Below are positions 1 through 9,364 of a DNA stretch of 64,000 nt, piece after piece. Location: the NCBI GenBank assembly GCA_963729215.1, contig CAVSND010000005.1, positions 25,985-89,984 of the forward strand. The letters are read 5' to 3'. This DNA is from an uncultured Acidobacteriota bacterium (GTDB lineage Bacteria > Acidobacteriota > Vicinamibacteria > Vicinamibacterales > CAVVIG01). The notes beneath the pieces are model-generated. The model did no database searches and had not been told where the DNA came from. It was given only the letters and a program-made list of their open reading frames with translations. The position numbers and the translations under genes are program-made. Positions within the stretch are counted from its first letter, which is position 1. Each line of letters begins with the position of its first letter.

Positions 1-6
1 CGCGAC

Positions 7-601
7 TCAGGGAACGACGACGGTATCGCCCGGGCTGAGGAGGATGTTCTGCTCGGTGTTCTTCTGCTTGACGACGTCCTTGTAGTTGAACTTGTGAAAC
101 GTCTGCTTGCCAGCCACCGTGCGGATCACCACGATGCTCCCGGAGTCGGCGTACTCCAGCAGCCCTCCGGACATCGCGATGAGCTGCAGCACCGTCATGT
201 CGCCAATCAGCGGATAGGTCGACGGCTTCGCCACGTTTCCCGTGATGAACACGTTGCGGCTGTGAATCTCCTTCAGCACGACCGACGCGTTCGGATCCTC
301 GACGTACTTGGCGTGCCGCCTCGTTCAGCTTCACCCGAAGCTGCTCCGGCGTGCAGCCCGGCCGCGTGAACTTCATTCAGCAGCGGCAGCGAGATCTTGC
401 CGTCGGGCCGCACCACGACGACGTCCGCCGACATGTCCTTGTCGCGCCAGAAGACGACCGACAGCACGTCCTGGGGGCCGATGACGTAACCCGGCGGAAC
501 GGCAGGCGCACCGGCCGGCTGCTGCGCGCGGAGTCCCGAGACTCCGGCGGTCGAGACCACCAATCGCCAGCGACTGCGCAGAATGACACAACGCGCATCA
601 T
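7..601 (-). CDS. Polysaccharide biosynthesis/export protein (Wza/Poly_export + SLBB domain), split by apparent frameshifts
   Basis: ORF 273-563 has YVIGPQDVLSV..VRPDGKISLPLLNEV (Poly_export). ORF 7-279 has VFITGNVAKP..TVLQLIAMSGG..LSPGDTVVVP (SLBB). A signal-peptide-like start MMRVVSF lies at 601 in a third frame. Confidence 0.88.
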
Positions 602-632
602 AAAAAGCTCGCTTCGTCTTCGAGAAGACTGC

Positions 633-1817
633 TTACTGCCGGTATTCCTTGAACGGCAGCTGGCAGTCGTGCTTACGGAGAAAATTGAGGAACCTCTTGT
701 AGTCGGTGGACTCCATGTTGAAGAGCCGCAGCACGATCTTGTAGTTGCCGCGCGCCTCCTCGAGTCCCTTGTGCACGAGATCCCGCACGTTGCTCCGGGT
801 AATCTCGCGGTTCATGTAAAGCGGATAGACGGACGTCCAGAACGATTCCCGCTCCTCGATCAGCTTCTTGAACAGTTCGTCGGCAAGCGTCCGCCGCCGT
901 TCCTTCCGCGGCCGGCCGCCGATGGTGCCGACCGTTCTCAGCTCCGGCCCCAAATCGTCCGCCTGGATCACTTCGCGACGACCGGTGACCACCAGGCGTT
1001 CGATGACGTTCTCGAGCTCGCGGACGTTGCCCGGCCACGGATACGCACACAGCGTCGTCATCGCGTCGGGCGCGATCTCACGCACGATGTAGTACCGGCT
1101 GTTCGCGTCGCCGTTGGCGTGGCCATTCGCGCCGTTCGCGTGACCCTGACCATTAGTGCCGTTACCGTTGGATCCGTTACTGCCATTACTTCCATTGCCG
1201 GGACCGGTGCTGTTCGCGTAGCGGTTCAGGAAGTGCTGGATGAGCGCAGGGATGTCTTCCTTGCGTTCGCGCAGCGGCGGCACCACGATGTGGATCACGT
1301 TCAACCGGTAGAAGAGGTCTTCGCGGAACTGACCCTGCGCGATCAGATCCCGCAGATTGCGGTTGGTCGCGGCGATGACGCGGACGTTCGTCGCGGCCCC
1401 GACGCGCTCGGCGCCGACCTTCTGAATTTCACCGGTCTCGAGGAATCGCAGCAGCAGGCCCTGCATGCGCAGGGTCATCTCTCCGATCTCATCGAGAAAG
1501 ATCGTTCCATCGTCGGCCATCTCGAGCTTGCCGGGCTTGTCGCGATAGGCGCCGGTGAAACTGCCCTTCACGTGTCCGAACAACTCGGACTCGAGCAGCG
1601 TCTCCGGAATGCCGGCGCAATTGACCGCCACGAACGCCTGCTGCGCTCGAGGGCTGGCGCTGTTGATGGCGCGCGCGACGACTTCCTTACCGGCCCCGCT
1701 CTCGCCGGTAATCAAGACTTTTGCGTCGGACCGCGCGATGCGCTCGACTTCCGCCTTGAGGTCGGTGAGCGCCTGGCTGGTCCCAATCAATTGCACGTGG
1801 CCGTTGTTTTGTCTCAT
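633..1817 (-). CDS. Sigma54-dependent enhancer-binding protein (bEBP) with no N-terminal sensory domain
   Basis: Walker A GESGAGKE, ESELFGH..GSFTGA, Walker B IFLDEIGE, FREDLFYRLNV, WPGNVREL. The AAA+ domain starts at about residue 9. Confidence 0.93.
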   Translation of the reverse strand: MRQNNGHVQLIGTSQALTDLKAEVERIARSDAKVLITGESGAGKEVVARAINSASPRAQQAFVAVNCAGIPETLLESELFGHVKGSFTGAYRDKPGKLEMADDGTIFLDEIGEMTLRMQGLLLRFLETGEIQKVGAERVGAATNVRVIAATNRNLRDLIAQGQFREDLFYRLNVIHIVVPPLRERKEDIPALIQHFLNRYANSTGPGNGSNGSNGSNGNGTNGQGHANGANGHANGDANSRYYIVREIAPDAMTTLCAYPWPGNVRELENVIERLVVTGRREVIQADDLGPELRTVGTIGGRPRKERRRTLADELFKKLIEERESFWTSVYPLYMNREITRSNVRDLVHKGLEEARGNYKIVLRLFNMESTDYKRFLNFLRKHDCQLPFKEYRQ

Positions 1818-1856
1818 TGCTTGAATGCCCTGCTAAACACGGACGCGGCTCCTTAG

Positions 1857-1873
1857 TGCAAGGAAGCCACCAA
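1857..1873 (-). promoter_or_regulatory. Putative sigma54 -24/-12 promoter for the bEBP1-wza unit
   Basis: Minus strand reads TTGGTGGCTTCCTTGCA (GG-N10-GC with TTGC), about 40 bp upstream of the ATG at 1817. Confidence 0.55.
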
Positions 1874-2077
1874 CAGCTGTGCCGGAAACGCGCCGTTCTA
1901 TCTCGTGGCGTGACAGCTAGTTAGAGACGGCGTCGATCAAGGTCGTCATTCGGCTGGCTTTCGGGTATTTCCCAGCCGAATGATTTGGGTGAGTAAAGTC
2001 AACCAATCGGCGGACTTTTGGTCGTATGATGGGTGCCGAAAGCCAACCTCGGCAGGGAGCCTTCAGATGGCGACAAA

Positions 2078-2160
2078 TGCACCTTAGTGCACGCTTGTGC
2101 ACGTTACGTGACTGTAACTTGTTGCACAACTTCACAGTTAGTCCCTCAACCATTGTGCAA
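2078..2160. promoter_or_regulatory. Putative bEBP binding sites (UAS)
   Basis: TGCAC at 2078, 2088 and 2098 (10-bp phasing; TGCAC-N4-GTGCA dyads) plus an inverted pair TTGCACAA (2122) / TTGTGCAA (2153). Confidence 0.45.
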
Positions 2161-2186
2161 ATTCCAACTGACACAAGAGAACTTAG

Positions 2187-2216
2187 TTGACGAAGTCTCT
2201 ACAGTACCGGTAGGAT
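2187..2216 (+). promoter_or_regulatory. Putative sigma70-type promoter for bEBP2
   Basis: TTGACG-N18-TAGGAT upstream of the ATG at 2300. Confidence 0.5.
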
Positions 2217-2299
2217 GTCTTCCTCATGGTGACGTTCGTTCGGCGCCACCAAATACATCTCGAACGGCAGAGACATCGGCCAGAATTCGGACTTCTTCC

Positions 2300-3497
2300 A
2301 TGACCAACGCAGAAATCAGAACCGGCGCAGAACGACATCTTGCTTTTTCCAGCGCAGCAAAACCCGAAGTGCGCCTGGTGGGCCGCAGCGAAGCGATGCG
2401 CACCATCGAGGCGGACATCGAATGCGCCGCGCGTTCTGATGCGAAGGTCCTCGTCACCGGCGAAACCGGCGTCGGGAAGGAAGTCATCGCGCGCCTCATT
2501 CATCACGCGAGCCAGCGCGCCGCGGGGCCGCTCGTGACCGTGAACTGCGCGGGACTGCCCGATTCGCTGCTCGAGTCCGAGTTGTTCGGACACACCCGCG
2601 GCAGTTTCACCGGCGCGTATCGCGACAAACTCGGGCTGCTCGAGATGGCGCCGAACGGCACCGTCTTCCTCGACGAAGTCGGCGAGATGAGCACCAGGAT
2701 GCAGGTCGTCCTCCTGCGCTTCCTCGAAACCGGTGAGATTCAGCGCGTCGGCGCCGACAAGCCGCACGCCCGCGTCAACGTCCGGTTGATCACGGCGACG
2801 AATCGTGATTTGCAGCACCACATCGCGACGGGCAATTTTCGCGAGGACCTGTACTTCCGACTGAATGTCATCCGGATGTCCGTGCCGCCGCTCCGCGAGC
2901 GGCGCGACGATATTCCGCTGCTCGTCGATCACTTCGTCAACTCGTATTGCCAGCAGCACCGCGTGCCGCGCCCCGAAATCTCACAGGCGGCGATGGAGGC
3001 GTTCCTCGCGCACCGGTGGCCGGGCAACATCCGCGAGCTGAAGAACGCGATCGAGCGGATCGTGCTGAAGGTCAACGGACCGGTCGTCCTCGTCTCGCAT
3101 CTTCCGACCGAGATTGCGTGCCCGGGCGTCGAAGGCGGGCACGGCAGTAGGCAGCATCAACGGCGGGACTGCAACGAGTCCGTCACAAGCTGAGGAAATG
3201 ACGTCGCTGATGCTCGAGCGGGGCGCGTCGTTCTGGGAGGCGGTCTACCCCTCGTTCATGTCGCGCGACATGACGCGGAACGATCTACGGAAGATCGTGC
3301 AGGCGGGTCTCGAAAACACCAACGGCAACTACCGCCTGCTCGTGCAGCTCTTCAACATGCCGACGGAAGACTACAAGCGGTTTCTCAGCTTCCTTCGCAA
3401 GCACGAGTGCCACCTGCCCTTCCAGCGGTTCCGGACGGTCCCGGCGCGGCTGACGGCCGGGGCGCCGGCAAGACCCGCCGCGGCGGCGCGGGCGTAG
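2300..3497 (+). CDS. Second sensor-less sigma54 bEBP, paralogue of 633-1817; frameshift near 3150
   Basis: GETGVGKE, GSFTGA, VFLDEVGE, WPGNIREL in ORF 2033-3193. The C-terminal domain in ORF 3114-3497 (SFWEAVYP..GNYR..FNM..DYKRFLSFLRKH) matches the paralogue. Confidence 0.9.
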
Positions 3498-3538
3498 TTC
3501 GTCCGCCTGAAGGCGGACGCTACGCCTTCGGACGCTAC
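3494..3538. repeat. GTAG/CTAC REP-like palindrome between convergent genes
   Basis: GTAG..CGTCCGCCTGAAGGCGGACG-CTAC plus a partial second GGACGCTAC. Confidence 0.75.
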
Positions 3539-5251
3539 ACCACCTTCGCGTCGTGGACGATCTGTCCGTTCACAACGGTGAGCACGGAGCGGATCTTCCT
3601 GATATCAGCGTCCGGCACAGAGAAGTAATCGCGGTCCAGGACGGCCAGGTCTGCGAGCTTGCCGGTCTCGATCGAACCGATCTTGTCTTCCATCCGCAGG
3701 AACCAGCTGTTCCCTCGCGTGAAGAGACGCAGCGCCTCCTGACGCGTGATCTGCTGATCACCGTTCACGCGATCGCCAAACGAATTCACGCCCGTCGTCG
3801 CGAAGGCGATGTGCTGCCAGGGATTGAGCGGCGCGATGTGGACGCCGTCGCCGTGAATGCCAGCCTGGATGCCGTGGTCCACGATCGTCCGGAACTGCGG
3901 ACCGATCACCACTTTCGGATCCGTTGACGTCACCCAGCGGAACGCGCCCATCTCGACACCGCATCCGAGGGCCTTCAGCCGATTCAACAGGTCTGGCGTG
4001 ACGACCGGCACGTGGTGGACCATCCAGCGCAGCCCCGTGATGTCGAACTCCTTGTTGACGGCTTCGTACGCTTCGACGACCTGCGTGAGGGCCGCCAGAT
4101 CCTGCACGCTGTTTTCGTTGCGCCACCCGGCCTGGCCGACGAGGCGCTGCGCCTCGCGCCACACGGCGCCGCTCGCGAGCGGTGCAGCCCACTCGCCGAT
4201 CCCGCCGGTCATCATCATGTCGTCGCCGAAGAACTGGAACTGGTTTCTGAGCCGTTCCTTCAACTCCGGGAGCGCCGGATCGCTCTGATTCTGCAGAAAG
4301 TTCATCTGCAGCCGGACGCTGGCCTTTCCCTGACGATGGAGTGCCAGCCACGAGTCGTACATCCGATACTGATCGAGGTTGGACAGGATCTGGCCGGGGT
4401 TCAGCGGTCCCGGCGTCGGAAACAGGACCTCATCCAGGTGTGACGTCAGCCCAAGGCTGGCCGAGTACGCCATCGCGTCAGCCGTGCTTCGCTTCTTGTC
4501 CTCGAACGTCTGCAGCCGACGCAAATGGAAAAGCGCGCTGGCCGAAGGGCCGCCGCCCGCGAAGCCAGCCGCGGCAATCGCACCGGTATCAGACACTTTC
4601 ACCGGCTTGATATCCGGATGGACAGGCGGGGCGGCGTCGGCGGCGTCGAAGAATGCCTTGCCGAGGCTGTTGGTCACGCAGGGGCCGGTGAACCGCTCGT
4701 AGAGCAGCACCGGCCGATCGGGGACGGCCGCGTCGAGCTCCTGACGCGTCGGATGGCGATGCTCGGCCCACTGGTTCGTGTGCCAACCGCCCATCGACGT
4801 GATCCACGCGCCCTGCGGCACGTCCTTTCGCCGGGCGGCAAGCGCCTCCTGAATTTCCCGGATCGAGGTCGTGTTCTCGAGAATGGTGTGATAGCCCGGT
4901 CGGTTGGCCAGACTGACGATGTGGACGTGGCCTTCGATGATGCCGGGCACGACCGTGCGCCCTTTGAGATCGATGAGCCGGGTGTTGGAACCACGCGCCG
5001 GGTTCACATCACCCACAGCCACGAAGCGGCCGTTGCGGATCGAGACGGTCCTGGCGATCGTGTTCCGGGCGTCCATCGTGTGGATGCGCCCGTTGGTCAG
5101 CACCAGCGTCGTATCCGGCTGGATGGTGGCGGGCTGGCCCCCGGCCGCGGGCGCCTGGCGCCATCGAAACTGCCGACGCCGGCAGGCTGCCGATCCCCAC
5201 AGCGGCGCCCGCCGTCGCGCCGAGAAACCGCCGTCGAGAGAGTTTTTTCAT
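3535..5251 (-). CDS. Amidohydrolase_3 (YtcJ-like) metal-dependent hydrolase with Tat signal; frameshift after the signal
   Basis: DLKGRTVVPGIIEGHVH, GSIETGKLADLAVLDRD. Tat signal MKKLSRRRFLGATAG starts at 5251 in another frame. Confidence 0.88.
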
Positions 5252-5332
5252 GAGCGGAATATAGCGATCGCCAACGCGTCCTGCAACGTTCGACTTTGCG
5301 GTGGAGTAGGATGGCGCGCAAGGGAGCGAACC

Positions 5333-5800
5333 ATGTCCGCTTACACGTTGGTGCACGTCGCAATCAGCCTCGTTGGGATCGCATCGGGACTCGTGGTCCT
5401 CCTCGGGCTGCTCGCCGGAAAGAGGCACAACGCGTCAACCGCGGTGTTTCTGGCGACGACGGCCGCCACCAGCCTCACCGGATACGGCTTCCCGTTCGAC
5501 CATCTGCTGCCATCCCACATCGTCGGCGCCATCTCGCTCGTCGTGCTCGCGCTGGCGATCTACGCGCGGTATGGGCGTCATCTGGCCGGGGGCTGGCGAA
5601 CCGTTTACGTCATCGGCGCCACCATCGCTCTCTACCTGAACGTGTTCGTGCTGGTCGTTCAGTCGTTCATGAAAGTGCCCGTGCTGCACGACCTGGCCCC
5701 CACGCAATCCGAGCCGCCCTTCGCGATTGCCCAACTCGCCGTGCTGGTCCTGTTCATCGTCCTTGGCACGCTGGCGGTCCGCAGGTCAAAGACGATTTAG
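5333..5800 (+). CDS. Conserved hypothetical membrane protein (about 5 TM)
   Basis: Hydrophobic ORF MSAYTLVHVAISLVGI..YLNVFVLVVQSFMKVP..APTQSEPPF, preceded by a GGAG-type RBS. Confidence 0.75.
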   Translation: MSAYTLVHVAISLVGIASGLVVLLGLLAGKRHNASTAVFLATTAATSLTGYGFPFDHLLPSHIVGAISLVVLALAIYARYGRHLAGGWRTVYVIGATIALYLNVFVLVVQSFMKVPVLHDLAPTQSEPPFAIAQLAVLVLFIVLGTLAVRRSKTI

Positions 5801-5852
5801 TAGCGGCCGGCTTCAGCCGGCCGGCGAACGTCCGCCTGAAGGCGGACGCTAC
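5800..5852. repeat. REP doublet (two inverted GTAG REP units)
   Basis: GTAG-CGGCCGGCTTCAGCCGGCCG-gcgaa-CGTCCGCCTGAAGGCGGACG-CTAC. Confidence 0.8.
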
Positions 5853-5867
5853 TGCTGGCAAATGGAA

Positions 5868-7217
5868 ATGTCACGCCTGCCCCGAACCCTCGGCCTCTGG
5901 AGCTCGGTCGGGCTGGTGGTCGGCATCACGATCGGATCGGGAATCTTCCGGACTCCGGCGGGAATTGCCCGGCTGCTCCCTCAGCCCCAGGTCATGCTCG
6001 CGGCGTGGGTGCTCGGCGGGCTCATCACCCTGTGCGGCGCCCTTTCGTTCGCCGGCCTCGGCCGGATGCTTCCCGAGACGGGCGGGTTCTACGCCTACCT
6101 GCGAGAGGGATGGGGCCGTCCGGTCGCTTTCCTGTTTGGCTGGTCCGAGCTCGTGCTCATCCGCGCCAACGCCCTGGGCGGCATGTCCATCGTTTTCGGG
6201 GAATACGGCCTCAGATCGTTCGGCGTCGATCCGGTCGCCCATCCGTTCGCGGCGCGGGGTCTGGCGGCGGCCGCTATCGGTTGCGCCGCCATTGCGAACA
6301 TCCGAGGCGCGCGCGTTGGCGCCGCCATCGTCGGATGGTCCACGGGGGCCAAGTTCATCGCGCTCGCCCTGCTGGTGGGCTGTTCTCTGGCGCTCGGAGG
6401 GGCCCACGGTGCGTCCATCGCCCATTTCCAGACGTCGTCCTTACTTGCGGGACCGGGCTTGCCCGCGGCGTCCTCGCTGAGTGCGGGAAGCCTCGGCCTC
6501 GCGCTGGTCAGCATCCTCTGGGCCTACGATGGCTTTGCAGACGTCTCCTTTGCGGGCGGCGAAGTGCGGGATCCGCAGCGGAACCTGCCGCGCGCCATCA
6601 TCTTCGGCACGCTGGCGATCATCGGCCTCTATGTCCTGACGAACGTGGCTTACCTCTACGTTTTGCCGATTGACGCCATCGGGAGGTCTCCGCTCGTTGC
6701 GGCGGACGTGATGGAGACGCTGTTCGGCCAGGCGGGGGCGGCGCTGGTGTCGTTGATCGTGATGATTTCCTCGTTCAGCTCGGTGAACGGCAGCATGCTG
6801 GCCGCGCCGCGCGTGTTTTACGCGATGGCCGACGACGGCCTCTTCTTCAAAGCGCTCGCTCGGGTCCATCCGCGGTTCCACACCCCGCACATCGCGATCC
6901 TCCTCTCAGCGATGCTCGGAATGGCACTGGTGATGAGCCGGAGCTTCGAGGCACTGACGAACACCTTCGTCCTGGCGATCTGGCCGTTTTACGCGCTGAG
7001 CGTCGCCGCCATCTTCCGCCTGCGCCACCGCCGGCCCGACCTCGGCCCGCACGGCGTCCTCGGTTACCCGATCGTGCCGGCTGTGTTCATCGCCGCTGTC
7101 GTGTGGTTCGTTTTGAACGCGCTCGTTACAGATCCGATCTCGACTGCGGCAACTTTCGCGCTCATCCTCGCCGGCCTTCCGATATTTGTGATCTTTTTTC
7201 GAAAACACGTGCAGTAA
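5868..7217 (+). CDS. APC-family amino acid permease
   Basis: GITIGSGIF, GGFYAYL, WAYDGF, GEVRDPQRNLPRA, PRVFYAMA; multiple TM segments. Confidence 0.92.
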   Translation: MSRLPRTLGLWSSVGLVVGITIGSGIFRTPAGIARLLPQPQVMLAAWVLGGLITLCGALSFAGLGRMLPETGGFYAYLREGWGRPVAFLFGWSELVLIRANALGGMSIVFGEYGLRSFGVDPVAHPFAARGLAAAAIGCAAIANIRGARVGAAIVGWSTGAKFIALALLVGCSLALGGAHGASIAHFQTSSLLAGPGLPAASSLSAGSLGLALVSILWAYDGFADVSFAGGEVRDPQRNLPRAIIFGTLAIIGLYVLTNVAYLYVLPIDAIGRSPLVAADVMETLFGQAGAALVSLIVMISSFSSVNGSMLAAPRVFYAMADDGLFFKALARVHPRFHTPHIAILLSAMLGMALVMSRSFEALTNTFVLAIWPFYALSVAAIFRLRHRRPDLGPHGVLGYPIVPAVFIAAVVWFVLNALVTDPISTAATFALILAGLPIFVIFFRKHVQ

Positions 7218-7221
7218 TTCG

Positions 7222-7250
7222 TTGACGCGTCGAGTACCCCCTGCTATTTT
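7222..7250 (+). promoter_or_regulatory. Putative sigma70 promoter
   Basis: TTGACG-N17-TATTTT right after the permease stop. Confidence 0.55.
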
Positions 7251-7293
7251 GTTTTCTGGGAGCGGCCGATAGGTCAGGCAAGGAGATCTGAAG

Positions 7294-7548
7294 ATGGATG
7301 CATACGAGCCGCGAGTGCGGCGCAGAGGTTTCTTCCTCCACTCGACCGACATCAACGAATCTGATGCCGGCGAGCACGAAAACCCCGAAGGTTTCCCAGT
7401 CCGCGTCCGTACGAACCCCTCCCCAGCACCCAGACACTTCACCGGCGGCCGGACCGCACGTCGCGAGGCCCGGTCCGACGAAGCGCGACCCGAAATCAGA
7501 TCTGGGAGCGTGACTGGCAGCCGTCAACGGGCACACTTGCCCCGCTGA
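7294..7548 (+). CDS. Putative small protein (MDAYEPRVRRRGFFLH...)
   Basis: AAGGAG RBS 8 nt upstream of the ATG, with its own promoter. The 3' end overlaps the SDR gene and no family was recognised. Confidence 0.4.
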   Translation: MDAYEPRVRRRGFFLHSTDINESDAGEHENPEGFPVRVRTNPSPAPRHFTGGRTARREARSDEARPEIRSGSVTGSRQRAHLPR

Positions 7549-8275
7549 TCCAGCTCGAGCAGGGAGACGCAAGGAACGCGACGACAGCCCCGACTTCCTC
7601 GGGGCGGCCAAAACGCCCGAACGGCAGCTCTCTGGTGACAAACTCGGCGATTCCCTGAGGGTCGTCGCGCTGACGGCGATCCCATGACCCCCCTGGAAAC
7701 AGAATCGACCCGGGCGCCACGCTGTTCACCCGGATATTGTCACGCGCCAGCTGCTGCGCCATCGACTTCGCGAGGCTGATTTCGGCCGCTTTCACCGCGT
7801 TGTACGTCATCCGCCCGCCGGATTCCCGGCCCCAGATCGACGCAATCATGATGATGGACCCGCCGCCCCGCCGGCGCATGTGGGGCACCGCCATCCGCGA
7901 GGCCCTGATGGCGGGGACAAGCGTCTGGTCGAACGCCTCCTGCCACTCGGCGTCCGTCGTATCCGTGATGCCCGCACCCTTAGCCAGCCCCACGTTGTTC
8001 ACCAGGATGTCGATCCCTCCGAAGGTCTCGACCGTTCGCATGATCACGTCCGCGACGCCCTTGTCGGTGGCCAGATCGGCCTGAAGGGCCAGGACCCGGG
8101 CCTTGCCCTCGGGCAGACGGCGAAGCTCCGCGGTGGCAGCTGCCAACCCGTCCTCGCCTCTTGCGCAAATCGTCACGTTGCAGCCTTCGGCCAGGAGCGT
8201 TTTGGCGGTGGCAAAGCCGAGCCCGCGCGTGGAGCCAGTGACGATCGCCACTTTGTCGGTCAGTTGAAGGTCCAA
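7496..8275 (-). CDS. SDR-family NAD(P)-dependent oxidoreductase
   Basis: TGSTRGLG, DILVNN, catalytic YNAVK, IRVNSVAPG. Confidence 0.93.
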   Translation of the reverse strand: MDLQLTDKVAIVTGSTRGLGFATAKTLLAEGCNVTICARGEDGLAAATAELRRLPEGKARVLALQADLATDKGVADVIMRTVETFGGIDILVNNVGLAKGAGITDTTDAEWQEAFDQTLVPAIRASRMAVPHMRRRGGGSIIMIASIWGRESGGRMTYNAVKAAEISLAKSMAQQLARDNIRVNSVAPGSILFPGGSWDRRQRDDPQGIAEFVTRELPFGRFGRPEEVGAVVAFLASPCSSWISGASVPVDGCQSRSQI

Positions 8276-8279
8276 CGCT

Positions 8280-8504
8280 CGTCCTTGGTCCGGGCTTGGC
8301 TGGCCGTCAGGCCAGTCCGTGGTCGTCCGTGGTCCGAGGCCGTGGTCCTAGGAGCGGTTCGGCCGTGAAAGCATGCTGGGAAGAATAGCGGATGAGATGG
8401 CAGAAAGACACCGGTCGACCGGACTGATGCACTCAGGACCGGACGCAGGACGGACCAAGGACTACGGACGGACCAAGAACCAAGTCCCAGGAACCAGGGA
8501 CCAG
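8280..8504. repeat. Degenerate GGACC(A/G) microsatellite with inverted arms
   Basis: Left arm of (t/g)TGGTCC units and right arm of GGACCAA/GGACGGACC units, around a spacer. Confidence 0.65.
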
Positions 8505-9352
8505 CTATCGTCCGCCGCGGCCGGTGAGGTCGTTCAGCGTCCAGTCGAAGGGCTCGAAGACCACCTGGAAGCTGTTCTGGGCGAAGAGCTGGCGCTCCGC
8601 AGCGAGAAGCTTCGGCTCGACGAGGGACAGGATGGCGCGCTCGACAGGGCTGCGGTTGGCAAACACGGCCGGGGCCTTGTCGCCATACGCCTCGGCGAAC
8701 TCTTTCTCCCGCCACGAGAAAATGGCGCTCGCGAGAATCTTGTTGTTGCCGCGATCGATCTGCGCGCACACCGGACGGCTGGTGCACTCGGAGACCATCT
8801 CACTCAACTGCGTCTCGATCCTTTCGGGGACGTAGGCCTCGCTGCGCAGGCGCCCGCTGCCCACTGCGCCACGGCCGAGCGCCAGGTACATGCGCGGATC
8901 GTGAAATTCCGGCAGGACCTTCTTCTCGATATCGTCGAGCGTGAGCGTCCGGCCCCCGACCCGGTGCGGGGCGCTTTCGAAGGCGCCAGGGATCTGCCGA
9001 ATGCTCTTGGACGGATAGGCCGACGCGTGCCCCTGAATCGGGTAGTGATCGATCACCGTCCGCAGCACGATCGCGTTGTACGCGTTCAGCCAGAACGCCA
9101 CCTGCTCGTTGCGCGACAGCCGCGCGGCGTCGGCGGCCGCCAGCTGGTTGAGATACCCGTCGAGCTTCGCGCGGTCGGACTTGAGCGCCCGGTAGTAGAC
9201 GAAACCATCGCGGACATACAAGTCGAGGATCTGATCGAACGGCGGCTGCTTGGCGCCAGCGGGCGACTCCTGCGCTCGCGGCACCGCGACCGCTGCCAGC
9301 AGCGAAGACGACCATCACAACAAGGATGCGGCGTTGCGAGTATTGCGGCCAT
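8505..9352 (-). CDS. DUF547-domain exported protein; N-terminus frameshifted
   Basis: VYYRALK, AFWLNAYNA, TLDDIE, DPRM..AL, IFSW..EF, FDWTLND. Confidence 0.82.
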
Positions 9353-9364
9353 CGAACACGAAGA

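Noticed and set aside
7256-7426. Firm call of 6S RNA
   Set aside because: The pairing was found by eye only and competes with a good RBS/ORF, so it is kept as an open finding rather than a feature.
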